Source: Acidobacteriota bacterium
GTDB lineage: Bacteria > Acidobacteriota > UBA4820
Reading direction: 5' to 3'
Assembly: GCA_029559035.1 (NCBI GenBank)
Contig: JAKQCT010000061.1
Location: 94,162 to 158,161, forward strand
DNA: 64,000 nt
In this document: piece after piece, positions 1 through 9,368 of the stretch
Layout of the letters: each line of letters opens with the position of its first letter
Numbering within the stretch: the stretch's first letter is position 1
The notes under the pieces: model-generated
The model's database searches: none
Told to the model about the DNA's origin: nothing
Seen by the model: the letters and a program-made list of their open reading frames with translations, nothing else
Program-made: the position numbers and the translations under genes

Positions 1-318
1 GAGGCGGGCCGTCACCCCCTGGCCGTTCACGACCGTTTCGCCGAAAGCGTTGGAATCGTAGGTTTCCGTCTTGGGGTCCACGTAGGCTATTATGTTGCCC
101 ATGTGGATCCTGGCGATCTCCACGCTCAGCCTGTAGACCAAATCCCTGCTGAGCACTCCCGTCACATCATCCACTATGACGAACCGGGAATATTTTCTGA
201 GGTCGCCCTCCCTCCTCAATTCCTTCCAGAAATTGAGCGCGTTGTCGTAGGATTCCGGCCCCTTCATGTGGACGAACATGTAGCCTTCCCTGTATTCATA
301 ACGCAGAGTGTAGGCCAC
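1..318 (-). CDS. hypothetical protein, N-terminal part (gene runs off the window start); putative GTG start at 316-318
   Basis: Minus-strand frame is open from 318 down to position 1 and translates to a well-composed sequence (VAYTLRYEYREGYMFVHMKGPESYDNALNFWKELRREGDL...GQGVTARL). It is absent from the ORF track because it is truncated. The plus-strand ORF 103..873 that overlaps it is low-complexity antisense. Confidence 0.3.
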   Translation of the reverse strand, partial: MAYTLRYEYREGYMFVHMKGPESYDNALNFWKELRREGDLRKYSRFVIVDDVTGVLSRDLVYRLSVEIARIHMGNIIAYVDPKTETYDSNAFGETVVNGQGVTARL

Positions 319-399
319 GGCTCACATCCCCGCTTTCCCTTTCATATCCTTAATCTTATTACCGGAATGCCGGGCAGTCAACACCGGCACCGGGACCTG

Positions 400-798
400 T
401 CATTCCTCCGTCGTGAACAGGGCCTTGACTTCTTCCTTGGAGAGGAGCACCAGAGTGAAAACGCCCAGGATCGTCCCCCAGGGAAAGAACACGCACGCGA
501 CGCCGCCCGTCACCAGGCAGAAATAGTAGTGCCTGGCCTGCCTGAGAAATCTTCCGGCGAAAAAAAGGCAGGTCCCGAAAGCCGCTCCGAGCAGTATCAG
601 GAAAGAAGCGACCAGGACGAATACCCCCCCGACGAGGGTAAGCGGGAACATCGCCCTGAGGTTGAACAGCGAAACTACGAGAAGGACCGACCCTATCGTG
701 AAATGTATCATCGGGATCAGAGCGATCATGGCCGCGAACGCCGCGACCACGTAATAGAAAACGCCGAGAAGCCTCAGGTTCTCCAGGTTCTTGTCCAT
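400..798 (-). CDS. small integral membrane protein (3-4 predicted TM helices), function unknown
   Basis: 132 aa with hydrophobic stretches typical of TM helices (VFYYVVAAFAAMIALIPMIHFTIGSVLLVVSLF...). No recognisable motif. Confidence 0.5.
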   Translation of the reverse strand: MDKNLENLRLLGVFYYVVAAFAAMIALIPMIHFTIGSVLLVVSLFNLRAMFPLTLVGGVFVLVASFLILLGAAFGTCLFFAGRFLRQARHYYFCLVTGGVACVFFPWGTILGVFTLVLLSKEEVKALFTTEE

Positions 799-826
799 GC
801 CGGCCCTCCCCCGCCGCGCCGGGCCT

Positions 827-1354
827 TCAGGAAACCTTCCGCATGCGGATCACTTCGGTTTTTTTTCCGCTGATCGAAGCACCTTCCCTGACGAACTCGG
901 TCGTTATGTCGAGGATCTCCTTCCCCTGGAGCTTGTAGGTGATCCTGTCGCCCTCGTTGGCTCCGACGCCGGTGAACACCGCCGACTTGCTGTCATGAAC
1001 ACCAAGCTTGAAGACAACTGTGCGGTCCCTGTCTTCCCACGCCGACTTCAGGCCGGGGCCGAAATGCCGTATCCTCATCACGGTGTCCGTACCCTCGGGC
1101 TCGATGACCATGATCTCGAAGAATGTCGATTCCCCGTCCTTCATCTCCCTGCACATCCCCATGAACGTCCCGCCGAGGTTGCTCCAGTGCTCTTCCATGA
1201 AGTTCTCCCCGTAGGCTTTCACCCACCTGCCGTCAAGCCACGAGATCACCTGCACCGGTTTGGGGTCGACCACCTTTTCGGCTGCGGGCGCGCCGTGAAA
1301 TGCAGCGAGGACGGCGACATAGACCGTCACGATCAATATCAGCGCTCTTCTCAT
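827..1354 (-). CDS. secreted/periplasmic hypothetical protein with signal peptide
   Basis: Start taken at the internal Met of MRRALILIVTVYVAVLAAFHGAPAAEK (signal peptide), with GGGAGGTG 6 nt upstream on the minus strand. No family recognised. Confidence 0.5.
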   Translation of the reverse strand: MRRALILIVTVYVAVLAAFHGAPAAEKVVDPKPVQVISWLDGRWVKAYGENFMEEHWSNLGGTFMGMCREMKDGESTFFEIMVIEPEGTDTVMRIRHFGPGLKSAWEDRDRTVVFKLGVHDSKSAVFTGVGANEGDRITYKLQGKEILDITTEFVREGASISGKKTEVIRMRKVS

Positions 1355-1395
1355 TTTCACACCTCCCAGAAATAACATTCTATCCCGCGGGGGCC

Positions 1396-1428
1396 AAAAG
1401 AAAAAAGGCCACGCCGCGGGGCATGGCC
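1396..1428 (-). terminator. candidate rho-independent terminator downstream of rubrerythrin (minus strand)
   Basis: A GC hairpin (ggccacgccgcggggcatggcc, 1407-1428) is followed on the minus strand by TTTTTTCTTTT (plus-strand aaaagaaaaaa, 1396-1406). It lies 25 nt after the rbr stop. Confidence 0.4.
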
Positions 1429-1452
1429 TGTCGGATCATGCAGAACGCGGAC

Positions 1453-2019
1453 CTACTCTGCCGGTTCGAAGTACGCCTTCGGGTGTTTGCAGAGAGGACA
1501 TGTTTCGGGGGCTTCCGACCCTTCGTGGATGTGGCCGCAGTTCCTGCATCTCCACCTTATCGGATTGTCCCTCTTGAAATATGTTCCCTTCTCCACCATT
1601 TCCTGGAGGACCTTGTAGCGTTTCTCATGCTCGACCTCGACCTTGCCGATGGCCCTGAATGTGAAGGCGACCGCCTTGAACCCCTCCTGTTCCGCGACCT
1701 CCGCGAACTCCGGGTACATCTTCGTGTGCTCGAAGTTCTCCCCTGACGCGGATTCCTTCAGGTTCTCCGCCGTGGTCCCTATCACGCCCGCGGGGAACGC
1801 CGCGGTGATCTCCACTTCGCCGCCCTCGAGCAGTTTGAAGAGGAGCTTCGCGTGCTCCAGTTCGTTGGCGGCCGTTTCCGAGAATATGGCTGCTATCTGC
1901 TCGTAACCCTCTTTCTTCGCCTTGCTCGCGAAGAAGGTGTACCTGTTCCTGGCCTGGGATTCCCCGGCGAAGGCGCAGAGGATGTTCTTTTCGGTCTTCG
2001 TTCCCTTGATGCCTGCCAT
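1453..2019 (-). CDS. rbr: rubrerythrin
   Basis: N-terminal ferritin-like di-iron domain with ExxH pairs (ENILCAFAGESQARNRY; ANELEHAKLL), plus a C-terminal rubredoxin-like CxxC...CxxC (CRNCGH...CPLCKH). AGGAGA RBS. Confidence 0.9.
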   Translation of the reverse strand: MAGIKGTKTEKNILCAFAGESQARNRYTFFASKAKKEGYEQIAAIFSETAANELEHAKLLFKLLEGGEVEITAAFPAGVIGTTAENLKESASGENFEHTKMYPEFAEVAEQEGFKAVAFTFRAIGKVEVEHEKRYKVLQEMVEKGTYFKRDNPIRWRCRNCGHIHEGSEAPETCPLCKHPKAYFEPAE

Positions 2020-2049
2020 TCTTATTCTCCTTTCGTCTTAAAAGTCCGT

Positions 2050-3027
2050 TCACATATCCATAACATAGGCAAAAACAAGCGGCGCCACGATCGTGGCGTC
2101 CGACTCTATGATGAACTTCGGAGTGTCGATCCCGAGCTTGCCCCAGGTGATCTTCTCGTTGGGCACCGCTCCGGAATACGAACCGTAGCTCGTCGTAGAA
2201 TCGGAGATCTGGCAGAAGTAGCCCCACAGGGGGACATTCTTCATCCTGAGGTCCTGGTGAAGCATCGGCACCACGCAGATCGGGAAATCCCCCGAGATGC
2301 CTCCCCCGATCTGGAAGAATCCGATCGAATGCTTCTTCGATGTCTTCATGTACCACTCGGCGAGTATCATCATGTATTCCATGCCGCTTCTCATAGTCAG
2401 CGGGTTCCTGATGTCCCCGTTCATGCAGTGGGCGGCGTACATGTTGCCGAGCGTGGCGTCCTCGGCTCCGGGGACGAAGATCGGGAGGTCCCTCTTCGCG
2501 GCCTCGAGCAGCCAGGAGTGTTTCGGGTCTATCTGGTAATATTTTTCGAGCTTCCCTGAGAGAAGTATCCTGAAGAGGAACTGGTGCGGGAAGCACCTTT
2601 CGCCCTTCCTGTCCGCGGCCATCCATTCCGCAAGGACAACCTTCTCGATCCTCCTCATCGCCTCCTCTTCGGGTATGCAGGTGTCGGTGACGCGGTTCAT
2701 GTGCCTGTCCAGCAGCTTCTTTTCGTCCTTCGGCGTCAGGTCGCGGTAGTTCGGTATCCTCGCGTAGTGGTCGTGGGCAACAAGGTTGAAGACGTCCTCC
2801 TCCAGGTTGGCCCCCGTGGTGCAGATCGCGTTGACCTTGCCCTTCCTTATCATCTCGGCGAGAGATATGCCGAGTTCCGCCGTGCTCATCGCCCCTCCCA
2901 GGGTAACGAGCATGTGGCCGCCCTTCTTCATGTGTTCCCCGTAAGCTTTCGCGGCGTCGACGAGCGCCGCCGCGTTGAAGTGCCTGAAGTTCATGTCGAT
3001 GAACTTTCTGATCTCGCCCTTTGCCAT
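2050..3027 (-). CDS. deoxyhypusine synthase-like protein (DHS / homospermidine synthase-like)
   Basis: Full-length DHS-family sequence (MAKGEIRKFIDMN...GGAMSTAELG...GANLEED...GGGISGDFPICV) at a typical length of 325 aa. Confidence 0.8.
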   Translation of the reverse strand: MAKGEIRKFIDMNFRHFNAAALVDAAKAYGEHMKKGGHMLVTLGGAMSTAELGISLAEMIRKGKVNAICTTGANLEEDVFNLVAHDHYARIPNYRDLTPKDEKKLLDRHMNRVTDTCIPEEEAMRRIEKVVLAEWMAADRKGERCFPHQFLFRILLSGKLEKYYQIDPKHSWLLEAAKRDLPIFVPGAEDATLGNMYAAHCMNGDIRNPLTMRSGMEYMMILAEWYMKTSKKHSIGFFQIGGGISGDFPICVVPMLHQDLRMKNVPLWGYFCQISDSTTSYGSYSGAVPNEKITWGKLGIDTPKFIIESDATIVAPLVFAYVMDM

Positions 3028-3243
3028 TTTCGTTCTCCCCTCTTACTGACCTTTTCTTCGTTCATCCCGCCGAAGCCGGGGCTTCCCGGTGGGCGGGCCA
3101 TCGCAAAGTCTATCAGAGGAATACCCTTTCTTCAACCGGCCGAGCTCCCTTACCAGAAGAACAGCGGGCGGCACTCTTCCCGCTCCCTGTGCACTTGCTT
3201 TCCGCCATGTTTTTAAGGTATTTTCTTAGCTTGAGGAGACAAT

Positions 3244-4176
3244 GTGATGCCTGATCCTGCCATTTCGATAAGGGGACTCAAAAAAACATTTGTGGGGCAT
3301 CTTTCCATCGGCAGGATACACGCCCTGCGGGGAGTGGACCTCGAAGTGCCGTCAACAGGCATCTACGGATTCCTCGGGCCGAACGGCGCGGGCAAGACGA
3401 CGACGCTGAAGATAGTCACCGGCCTTCTTTTCCCGTCGGAAGGAGAGGTCAGGATCATGGGCAGGCCCGCCGGGGACAACCTCGTCCGGATGAACCTCGG
3501 GTTCCTTCCCGAATCGCCCTATTTCTACGATTACCTCACCGGCGAGGAACTGGTCACATTTTTCGGAAGCCTCTTCGGTATCCCCGGGAAAGAGCTGAAG
3601 GATCGGACGAGGCTCCTTCTGGACATGGTCGGGCTCAGAGGCAAGGAAAAGCTCCCCCTCAGGAAGTATTCGAAAGGAATGCTTCAAAGGGTCGGCCTGG
3701 CGCAGGCGATGGTCAACGACCCCCAGATACTCATACTCGACGAACCGATGAGCGGCCTGGACCCGATAGGCAGGAGGGAGATCAGGGACCTCATCCTCGG
3801 CCTGAAGGAAAAAGGGAAGACAATTTTCTTCTCCTCTCACATCCTCGCGGACGCCGAGATGATATGCGACGAGGTGGCCATAATCGTCAAGGGGAAGGTG
3901 GTCCAGAAGGGGAGGCTCGAAGAACTCCTGGGCAAGGACGTGCGATTCTGGGACCTCTCGTTCAAGGGCCCTGCTGACGCCGAAGGCCTTCCGTCCCGGC
4001 ATGTCATAACATCGCACGAGGGATACACGATGATCAGGCTCGACTCGGAAGAAGCGGTCGAACAAGCGGTTTCCGAACTGCCGAAGCGGGGCGCGAGGAT
4101 CATCAGCCTGGTACCGCACAAGGCCTCGCTGGAGGAGCTTTTCCTCTCGAGCATAGAGGAGCGGGAAAATGACTGA
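3244..4176 (+). CDS. ABC transporter ATP-binding protein (ABC-2 type exporter)
   Basis: Walker A GPNGAGKTT, Q-loop, ABC signature LSGGMLQR-like (YSKGMLQRVGLA), Walker B ILILDEP, H-loop SSHIL. Confidence 0.85.
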   Translation: MMPDPAISIRGLKKTFVGHLSIGRIHALRGVDLEVPSTGIYGFLGPNGAGKTTTLKIVTGLLFPSEGEVRIMGRPAGDNLVRMNLGFLPESPYFYDYLTGEELVTFFGSLFGIPGKELKDRTRLLLDMVGLRGKEKLPLRKYSKGMLQRVGLAQAMVNDPQILILDEPMSGLDPIGRREIRDLILGLKEKGKTIFFSSHILADAEMICDEVAIIVKGKVVQKGRLEELLGKDVRFWDLSFKGPADAEGLPSRHVITSHEGYTMIRLDSEEAVEQAVSELPKRGARIISLVPHKASLEELFLSSIEEREND

Positions 4177-4963
4177 AAAACTCGGCGCGCTTTCTCTCCT
4201 GCAGGTCAGGGCGATAATGAAGAACACTTTCAAGGAAGCCATAAGGAGCCGCATCTTCTACATCCTGATGGCCTTCGCCGTAACCATGCTGGGATTTGCG
4301 GTCGTCCTGAGCTTCCTGACGCTGGGTTCCCAGAAGCGGGTGATCCTCGACCTGGGACTCGCGGGGATATCTTTCTTCTCCGTCATGACCTCCATTTTCG
4401 TAGGGATCGGCCTCATTTACCTCGAGGTCGAGAAGAAGACCATCTACAACGTCCTCCCAAAGCCGATGCCCAGGTCGAATTTCATTATCGGAAGGTATTT
4501 CGGGCTCATGGCCGTACTGGGGACCAACCTCCTGGCGATGCTCGCGATCCTGTCGGTCCTGCTCGCGGTCTTCAAGGGTTTCACCATGGCAGTCTTCCAG
4601 GCAGGCCTTTTCATATACATGGAACTGGCTATCATAACCGCCATCGCGATCTTCTTCTCCTCGGTCGCGTCTCCCGTCCTGAGCGCCATCTGCACTGTCT
4701 CCTTCTACATCATCGGGCACACCTCCAGCACTTTTCCCGACATCCTCGTTCCCCTGCTCAGGTCGCCTTTCCAGAAGAAGATCGCCACGTGGTTCTTCCA
4801 CCTGCTTCCCGACCTGAACATCCTCAATACCTCCAACCTCATCACCTACGACATACCGATCGCCGAGGGCTTCACGCTCAGGGCGCTGTTGTACACGGGC
4901 GTTTTCGTCTCCCTGCTCCTGCTCGCGGCCTGCCTGTGCTTCAGAAAAAGGGACCTGGTATGA
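4169..4963 (+). CDS. ABC-2 family transporter permease
   Basis: Six hydrophobic TM segments, immediately downstream of and overlapping the ATPase gene. Confidence 0.6.
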   Translation: MTEKLGALSLLQVRAIMKNTFKEAIRSRIFYILMAFAVTMLGFAVVLSFLTLGSQKRVILDLGLAGISFFSVMTSIFVGIGLIYLEVEKKTIYNVLPKPMPRSNFIIGRYFGLMAVLGTNLLAMLAILSVLLAVFKGFTMAVFQAGLFIYMELAIITAIAIFFSSVASPVLSAICTVSFYIIGHTSSTFPDILVPLLRSPFQKKIATWFFHLLPDLNILNTSNLITYDIPIAEGFTLRALLYTGVFVSLLLLAACLCFRKRDLV

Positions 4964-5844
4964 CGAAAGGACGCGCCGTCCGCGCGCTGGGCCTCGCCGC
5001 GGTCTTCGCGCTGCTCGCGTGCGCGTTCTCGCTTCACGTTAGGATGAGGGAGCTGACGGCGGGATACCCGGACGAGTACCGCTCCTACTACATCCCCTCC
5101 AGCACGCAGGCCAAGGCGTTCTCCCTGGGCTACCACAACGCCGCGGCGGACATCCTCTTCATCTGGTTCCTGCAGTTCTACGACTGGTACAACAGGAGCG
5201 TCAGGTACGGCTACATGGAGCATACCTTCGACGTGATGACTGACCTCGACCCGAAATTCCAGGAAGCCTACATGACCGCGGCCCTCTTCGCTTTCATACC
5301 CTTGAAATACGACTATGTCTACAAATTCCTCGACAAGGGCATAGAGAAGAACCCGGACAACTTCGTCCTTCCGTACGACGCGGGGTGTTACGCCTTCTTC
5401 TCTGAAAAGAACTTCGAGAGAGCGGCGAAATATTTCAAGATAGCCCAGGACAGGAACCCCGACAAGGCTCTCGTCAGGAACCTTTACGCCAAGGCGCTCT
5501 TGCAGAAGGGCGACCTCGAATCGGCGCTGGATTATTTCCGCGAGCTTTACAGGATATACGAGAACGATACGACGCCCGAAGGGAACTATTACAGGGCGGC
5601 TGCCGTGAGGCACATCTGGAGCACCGTGAACGCCATAGGAGAGAGGGACATAGGAAAGGCCGTGGAAGATTACAGGTCGAAGCACGGCAAGAACCCGCCG
5701 TCTCTCTCAGCCATCAAGAAGGAGGGCCTCCTCTCCGTCATCCCGAGGGATCCCGCTGGCAACGAGTTCGGTTACGATCCCGCAAGCGGCAGGATAACAT
5801 GCCTCACCCCCTTCGACCCGAAAAAGGCTATCGGAAGATGGTGA
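4960..5844 (+). CDS. exported hypothetical protein with TPR-like helical repeats
   Basis: ATG at 4960 gives MTKGRAVRALGLAAVFALLACAFS (signal/lipoprotein-like) and overlaps the permease stop (ATGA). Helical repeat-like C-terminal half. The track ORF from 4789 overlaps the upstream gene. Confidence 0.5.
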   Translation: MTKGRAVRALGLAAVFALLACAFSLHVRMRELTAGYPDEYRSYYIPSSTQAKAFSLGYHNAAADILFIWFLQFYDWYNRSVRYGYMEHTFDVMTDLDPKFQEAYMTAALFAFIPLKYDYVYKFLDKGIEKNPDNFVLPYDAGCYAFFSEKNFERAAKYFKIAQDRNPDKALVRNLYAKALLQKGDLESALDYFRELYRIYENDTTPEGNYYRAAAVRHIWSTVNAIGERDIGKAVEDYRSKHGKNPPSLSAIKKEGLLSVIPRDPAGNEFGYDPASGRITCLTPFDPKKAIGRW

Positions 5845-6638
5845 CCCTCCTCCTGGTGTTCTCCGCCCTGCTGGGGCTCGCCTGCGGGTCTTTCGCGAAC
5901 GTCCTCATATTCCGCCTTCCGAGGGACCTCTCAATAGTGAGGCCGCCGTCGCACTGCCCTTCCTGCGACAAAGAGATAAAATGGTACCGGAACATTCCGG
6001 TCCTTTCATTCGTGATCCTCGGGGGCAGATGCGCCGACTGCAAGGCCAGGATCTCTCCCCGCTATCCGCTCGTGGAGCTGCTCGTAGGGGTCCTGTTCTG
6101 GTTCGCCGCCTACAATTTCGCCCCCGCGTTCCCCCCCGACTGGAGGACTGTCCTGACGCTCGTTTCCTCGTGGATCTTTCTCCTGTTCACCACGGCCTTG
6201 ATATTCATCGACCTCGAACATTACATCCTTCCCGACAAGCTCACGCTGCCAGGGATAGTCATAGGGCTCGGCTCCAGTTTCTTCCTGCCCTGGACCAGTC
6301 CGCTGGAATCCATAGCGGGCGCCGCCGCCGGGGCTCTCATCCCGTCGGCGCTCATAGGCCTTTACGCGCTCAGGAAAATCGAGGCCATGGGATGGGGCGA
6401 CGTTAAGATGCTTGCCATGATCGGGGCCTTCCTCGGCTGGCAGGGGGTCATACTCACGCTCCTTATAGGCGCCGTACTCGGGACGGTGATCGGAGGGCTC
6501 TATATCTTGACCAGGAAAAAGGACAAGAGGACTCAGCTCCCGTTCGGAACCTTTCTCGGGATGGCGTCCTTTGTATCGATCTTCTGGGGGGAGAGCTTCT
6601 GGGAGTGGTACATGGGATTCTCGGGAGTCTCTCCTTGA
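5838..6638 (+). CDS. pilD: type IV prepilin peptidase (A24 family)
   Basis: N-terminal LGLACGSFANVLIFRLP, zinc-binding CPSCDKEI...CADCKARI tetracysteine, catalytic Asp region and GWGDVKM motif; 8 TM helices. The ATG overlaps the upstream stop (ATGGTGA). Confidence 0.85.
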   Translation: MVTLLLVFSALLGLACGSFANVLIFRLPRDLSIVRPPSHCPSCDKEIKWYRNIPVLSFVILGGRCADCKARISPRYPLVELLVGVLFWFAAYNFAPAFPPDWRTVLTLVSSWIFLLFTTALIFIDLEHYILPDKLTLPGIVIGLGSSFFLPWTSPLESIAGAAAGALIPSALIGLYALRKIEAMGWGDVKMLAMIGAFLGWQGVILTLLIGAVLGTVIGGLYILTRKKDKRTQLPFGTFLGMASFVSIFWGESFWEWYMGFSGVSP

Positions 6639-8320
6639 GGGGCAGGAGGATATTCTACCTTCAGGTGGCCTTCTTCCTGTTCGCTTTCTGCATAGGAATC
6701 CTGATCCTGATGAAACTGGTCTCGGACCTGAAGGACAGCTCCGCCGACCTTTCCCGGCAGATTAACGCGCGCAGCACCGCCATACTGGAGAAGTTCAAGC
6801 TGACGCACTTCCGGAAGCCCGACCCGGGAGACCCTCAGCTTTTCAGCCCGAGGGAGAAAGAGAGCGGAGATTATCACATCTCCTCGATCGGGTCCTATTT
6901 CGGCAGCAAAGCTCATTGGGTGCTGCCCAAGGATGCGTCGGTCCCTCTTTTTTCAGAACCGATGAAGGGCTTTTCGGATGTCATGGTCCTTTCCAGCTCG
7001 AGGCGGATGTTCCTCTCACGGATCGACGACGGCCGCACCCTCGCGATAGTGTTCGAGACTCCGAGATACAGGTCGCAGTGGCGCCAGACCATCACGATCT
7101 CGACCCTTCTGGTCCTCTTCGTGATCGCCGGGATGATACTGTTCTCATTCACCGTGAGGAGGTTCGTTCCCGAGGACCCTGACAGCCAACCCGCGAAACG
7201 CGACATCGGGCCGATGGATGCGGTGGTCATGATGAAGAAAACCGTCTCCGAGCTGAAGGAAAAGAACCGCGAGCTTGAAGAGAAACTCGGGGCGGAAAAG
7301 ACCAAGGCCAAGGGGGCCGCTTCGGTCCTGGAGAGCCTGACTTCCGGGCTTGACGCGGGATTCCTCCGGTTCGACCATTCGGGGAAACTCCAGGGACTGA
7401 ACCAGAACGCGAACCGTCTTCTGGGGCTGTCGGAGCTCATGACCATCGGGGACAGCCACGAGAAGATATTCAGGGGAAGGCCCGCCCTCAAGGAACTTGT
7501 GGACGATGCGATCGAACAGAAAGCGATACTTACTGCCGAGGCGGTCGAAGGATTCCAGGGGAAGCTTCTCCTCGTCCTGACCATACCGCTCCTCGACGAC
7601 CTTAACCATTTCCGGGGCGTCCTCCTTATAATCCACGACAGGAGCCGCTACTACGCGATGGAGAACGCCATAAGGGAAAAAGAAGCCCTGGCGAGGCTCG
7701 GCGAAGTTGCCGCGGGAGTGGCTCACGAGATAAGGAACGGCCTCAACGTCCTCTCCGGGGAACTGAGGCTCCTAAAGCAGGAGACCGGCGGCGGCCACGG
7801 GACGAGGACCGGCAGGATAGAGAACGAGATCGGCCAGATGGAAAGGGTCGTCAGGGACCTGCTTTACTACTCCAAGCCGCTTGCCCTGGAGAAGGAACCG
7901 ATCGGCCTGAGGGCTTTCGCGGGGGAGATCTTGAGATCGGCGGCCGCCCAATTCCCGGGAACAGCTTTCACCTCCGAAACGGAAGACGCGGACTTCAGCG
8001 GAGACCAGGATTCCCTCTTCAGGGCGGTTTCCAACGTGGTCTCCAACGCGGCGGAGGCGGCGGGAGAAGGCGGAGAAGTGTTCATAAGGGCCGCCGCGGC
8101 GGAAGACCGGGTGACCATCGGGGTCGAGGACAGCGGAGCCGGGGTTTCCGACGAAGCGGTCGCGGACCTCTTCTCGCTTTTCGCCTCTCACCGGAAGGGG
8201 GGCACGGGCCTCGGCCTCCCGATCTCCAGGAAGATCGCCAGGGAACACGGGGGCGAACTTTCCCTGGCGAAATGTGCTAAACTTGGAGGGGCGTGTTTTG
8301 AATTTAAATTACCCAGGTAG
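6605..8320 (+). CDS. sensor histidine kinase (2 TM helices, periplasmic sensor domain, PAS, HisKA, HATPase_c)
   Basis: Two TM helices flank a ~150 aa periplasmic segment. A coiled-coil linker follows, then a PAS-like region, the H-box HEIRNGLNVLSGEL, and N/G-boxes (NVVSNAAEA; GTGLGLPISRKIAREHGGEL). Confidence 0.8.
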   Translation: MVHGILGSLSLRGRRIFYLQVAFFLFAFCIGILILMKLVSDLKDSSADLSRQINARSTAILEKFKLTHFRKPDPGDPQLFSPREKESGDYHISSIGSYFGSKAHWVLPKDASVPLFSEPMKGFSDVMVLSSSRRMFLSRIDDGRTLAIVFETPRYRSQWRQTITISTLLVLFVIAGMILFSFTVRRFVPEDPDSQPAKRDIGPMDAVVMMKKTVSELKEKNRELEEKLGAEKTKAKGAASVLESLTSGLDAGFLRFDHSGKLQGLNQNANRLLGLSELMTIGDSHEKIFRGRPALKELVDDAIEQKAILTAEAVEGFQGKLLLVLTIPLLDDLNHFRGVLLIIHDRSRYYAMENAIREKEALARLGEVAAGVAHEIRNGLNVLSGELRLLKQETGGGHGTRTGRIENEIGQMERVVRDLLYYSKPLALEKEPIGLRAFAGEILRSAAAQFPGTAFTSETEDADFSGDQDSLFRAVSNVVSNAAEAAGEGGEVFIRAAAAEDRVTIGVEDSGAGVSDEAVADLFSLFASHRKGGTGLGLPISRKIAREHGGELSLAKCAKLGGACFEFKLPR

Positions 8321-8329
8321 GAGGCATAG

Positions 8330-9343
8330 ATGAAAAGAACGGTTTTTTTCATCCTCATTGCGGCGTTCGGGCTCTCCGTGCTCGCCCAGGAGATGTGGCA
8401 CTCGGGGACTATCGATTCGGGCCTTGCCAAGGCGAAGAAAGAGGACAAGGTCCTGTTACTCAAGTTCTACTCGGACACCTGACACTGGTGCAAAATACTG
8501 GACCGTGATGTCCTAACGCCTGAGAACACGAAACTTTTCACGAAGCTCTTCGTCATGATGAAGATCGACACGAGAAAGGAAGACGGCAAAGCTCTCCGCG
8601 AGAAATACGCCATCAGGGGAGTTCCGACCGTGGTGCTCCTGGACCGGGCCGGAAACGAGATAGACAGGATCGTCGGCTACGAAAAGAGGGACGCCTGGGT
8701 CAAGGAGATTCTCGGCTACGCTTTCAACGTGGGCACGCTCGCAGATCTTAAGGCGCAGGCCGACGAGAAGAAAAGCGGCGAGCTTTTCTTCAAGGTCGCC
8801 ATGAAATATTACGACCGCGGAGCTTACGCCGATTCCTCGGCATATATCGGCAGGGCCAAGTCCGATCAGGCGAACTCCGAAGAGCTAAAAGGCTCGATCG
8901 CCCTGCTCGAAGGTGAATGCCTCCTGCAGACGGAACCCGATAAGGGAAAGAAACTTCTCCGCGACATCATGGCGGGCTCCGACAAGGAGAAGGCCGATGC
9001 CGCGTTCGAGGACCTTGCGGGTTATTACAGGAAAAAGAAGGACCACGACGGGACCGTCTCGATCTTCAAGGAGATGCTCCTGAAGAAGGGCGACGACAAG
9101 GACTTCCTGAACAGCTACGCGTGGACCCTCGCCGAGATCGGCAGGGAACTGGAATCCGCGGCCGAAGCGGCCCGGAAGGCCGTGGAACTGAGCAAGGAGG
9201 ACCCGCAGATCCTGGACACGCTCGCCGAGGTATACTTCAAGATGGGGAAAAAGCAGCTCGCCGTGGAGACCATTGAGAAGGCCATCGCCAAGGAGCCTGA
9301 AGATGAGTATTACAAAGAACAGAGAGCAAAGTTCCTTGAATGA
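8330..9343 (+). CDS. periplasmic thioredoxin-fold (Thioredoxin_7/TlpA-like) plus TPR protein with in-frame TGA (8480-8482) at the CxxC position: probable selenocysteine (U-H-W-C) selenoprotein
   Basis: AGGAGG RBS, then ATG 8330, then signal peptide MKRTVFFILIAAFGLSVLAQE, then ...KVLLLKFYSDT-TGA-HWCKILDRDVL...KYAIRGVPTVVLLDRAGNEI (thioredoxin cis-Pro loop). The same frame continues into track ORF 8555..9343 (TPR-like C-terminal half). There is no other stop between 8483 and 9343. Confidence 0.55.
8500..8513 (+). other. candidate minimal bSECIS hairpin 17 nt downstream of the putative Sec-UGA
   Basis: GGAC-CGTGAT-GTCC (4-bp stem, 6-nt loop containing GU), within the coding sequence and immediately 3' of TGA 8480-8482. 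Folding and covariation were not checked. Confidence 0.2.
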
Positions 9344-9368
9344 AGGGGCCCCTCCGGCCCCGAGGGAG

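Noticed and set aside
103-873. 256-aa + strand ORF
   Set aside because: It is antisense to the membrane-protein gene 400..798 and to the truncated gene at 1..318. Its composition is Arg/Pro/Glu-rich and low-complexity, typical of a GC-frame artefact.
1625-2626. 333-aa minus-strand ORF (and 1852..2559 +)
   Set aside because: These are alternate-frame or antisense overlaps of the rubrerythrin and deoxyhypusine synthase genes. The Arg/Gly-rich composition has no domain signal.
8188-8463. 91-aa minus-strand ORF spanning the putative Sec region
   Set aside because: It is antisense to the end of the HK gene and the start of the thioredoxin-like gene. It has no RBS or domain signal.
8480-8482. Interpreting the TGA as a genuine stop (a 50-aa signal-peptide-only product) with a separate downstream gene starting at 8555
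   Set aside because: The 8330 ORF would then end 1 codon before the thioredoxin active site, and the downstream ORF would lack a signal peptide and an RBS at 8555. The two halves together form one coherent Trx-fold. A pseudogene or sequencing error cannot be fully excluded.
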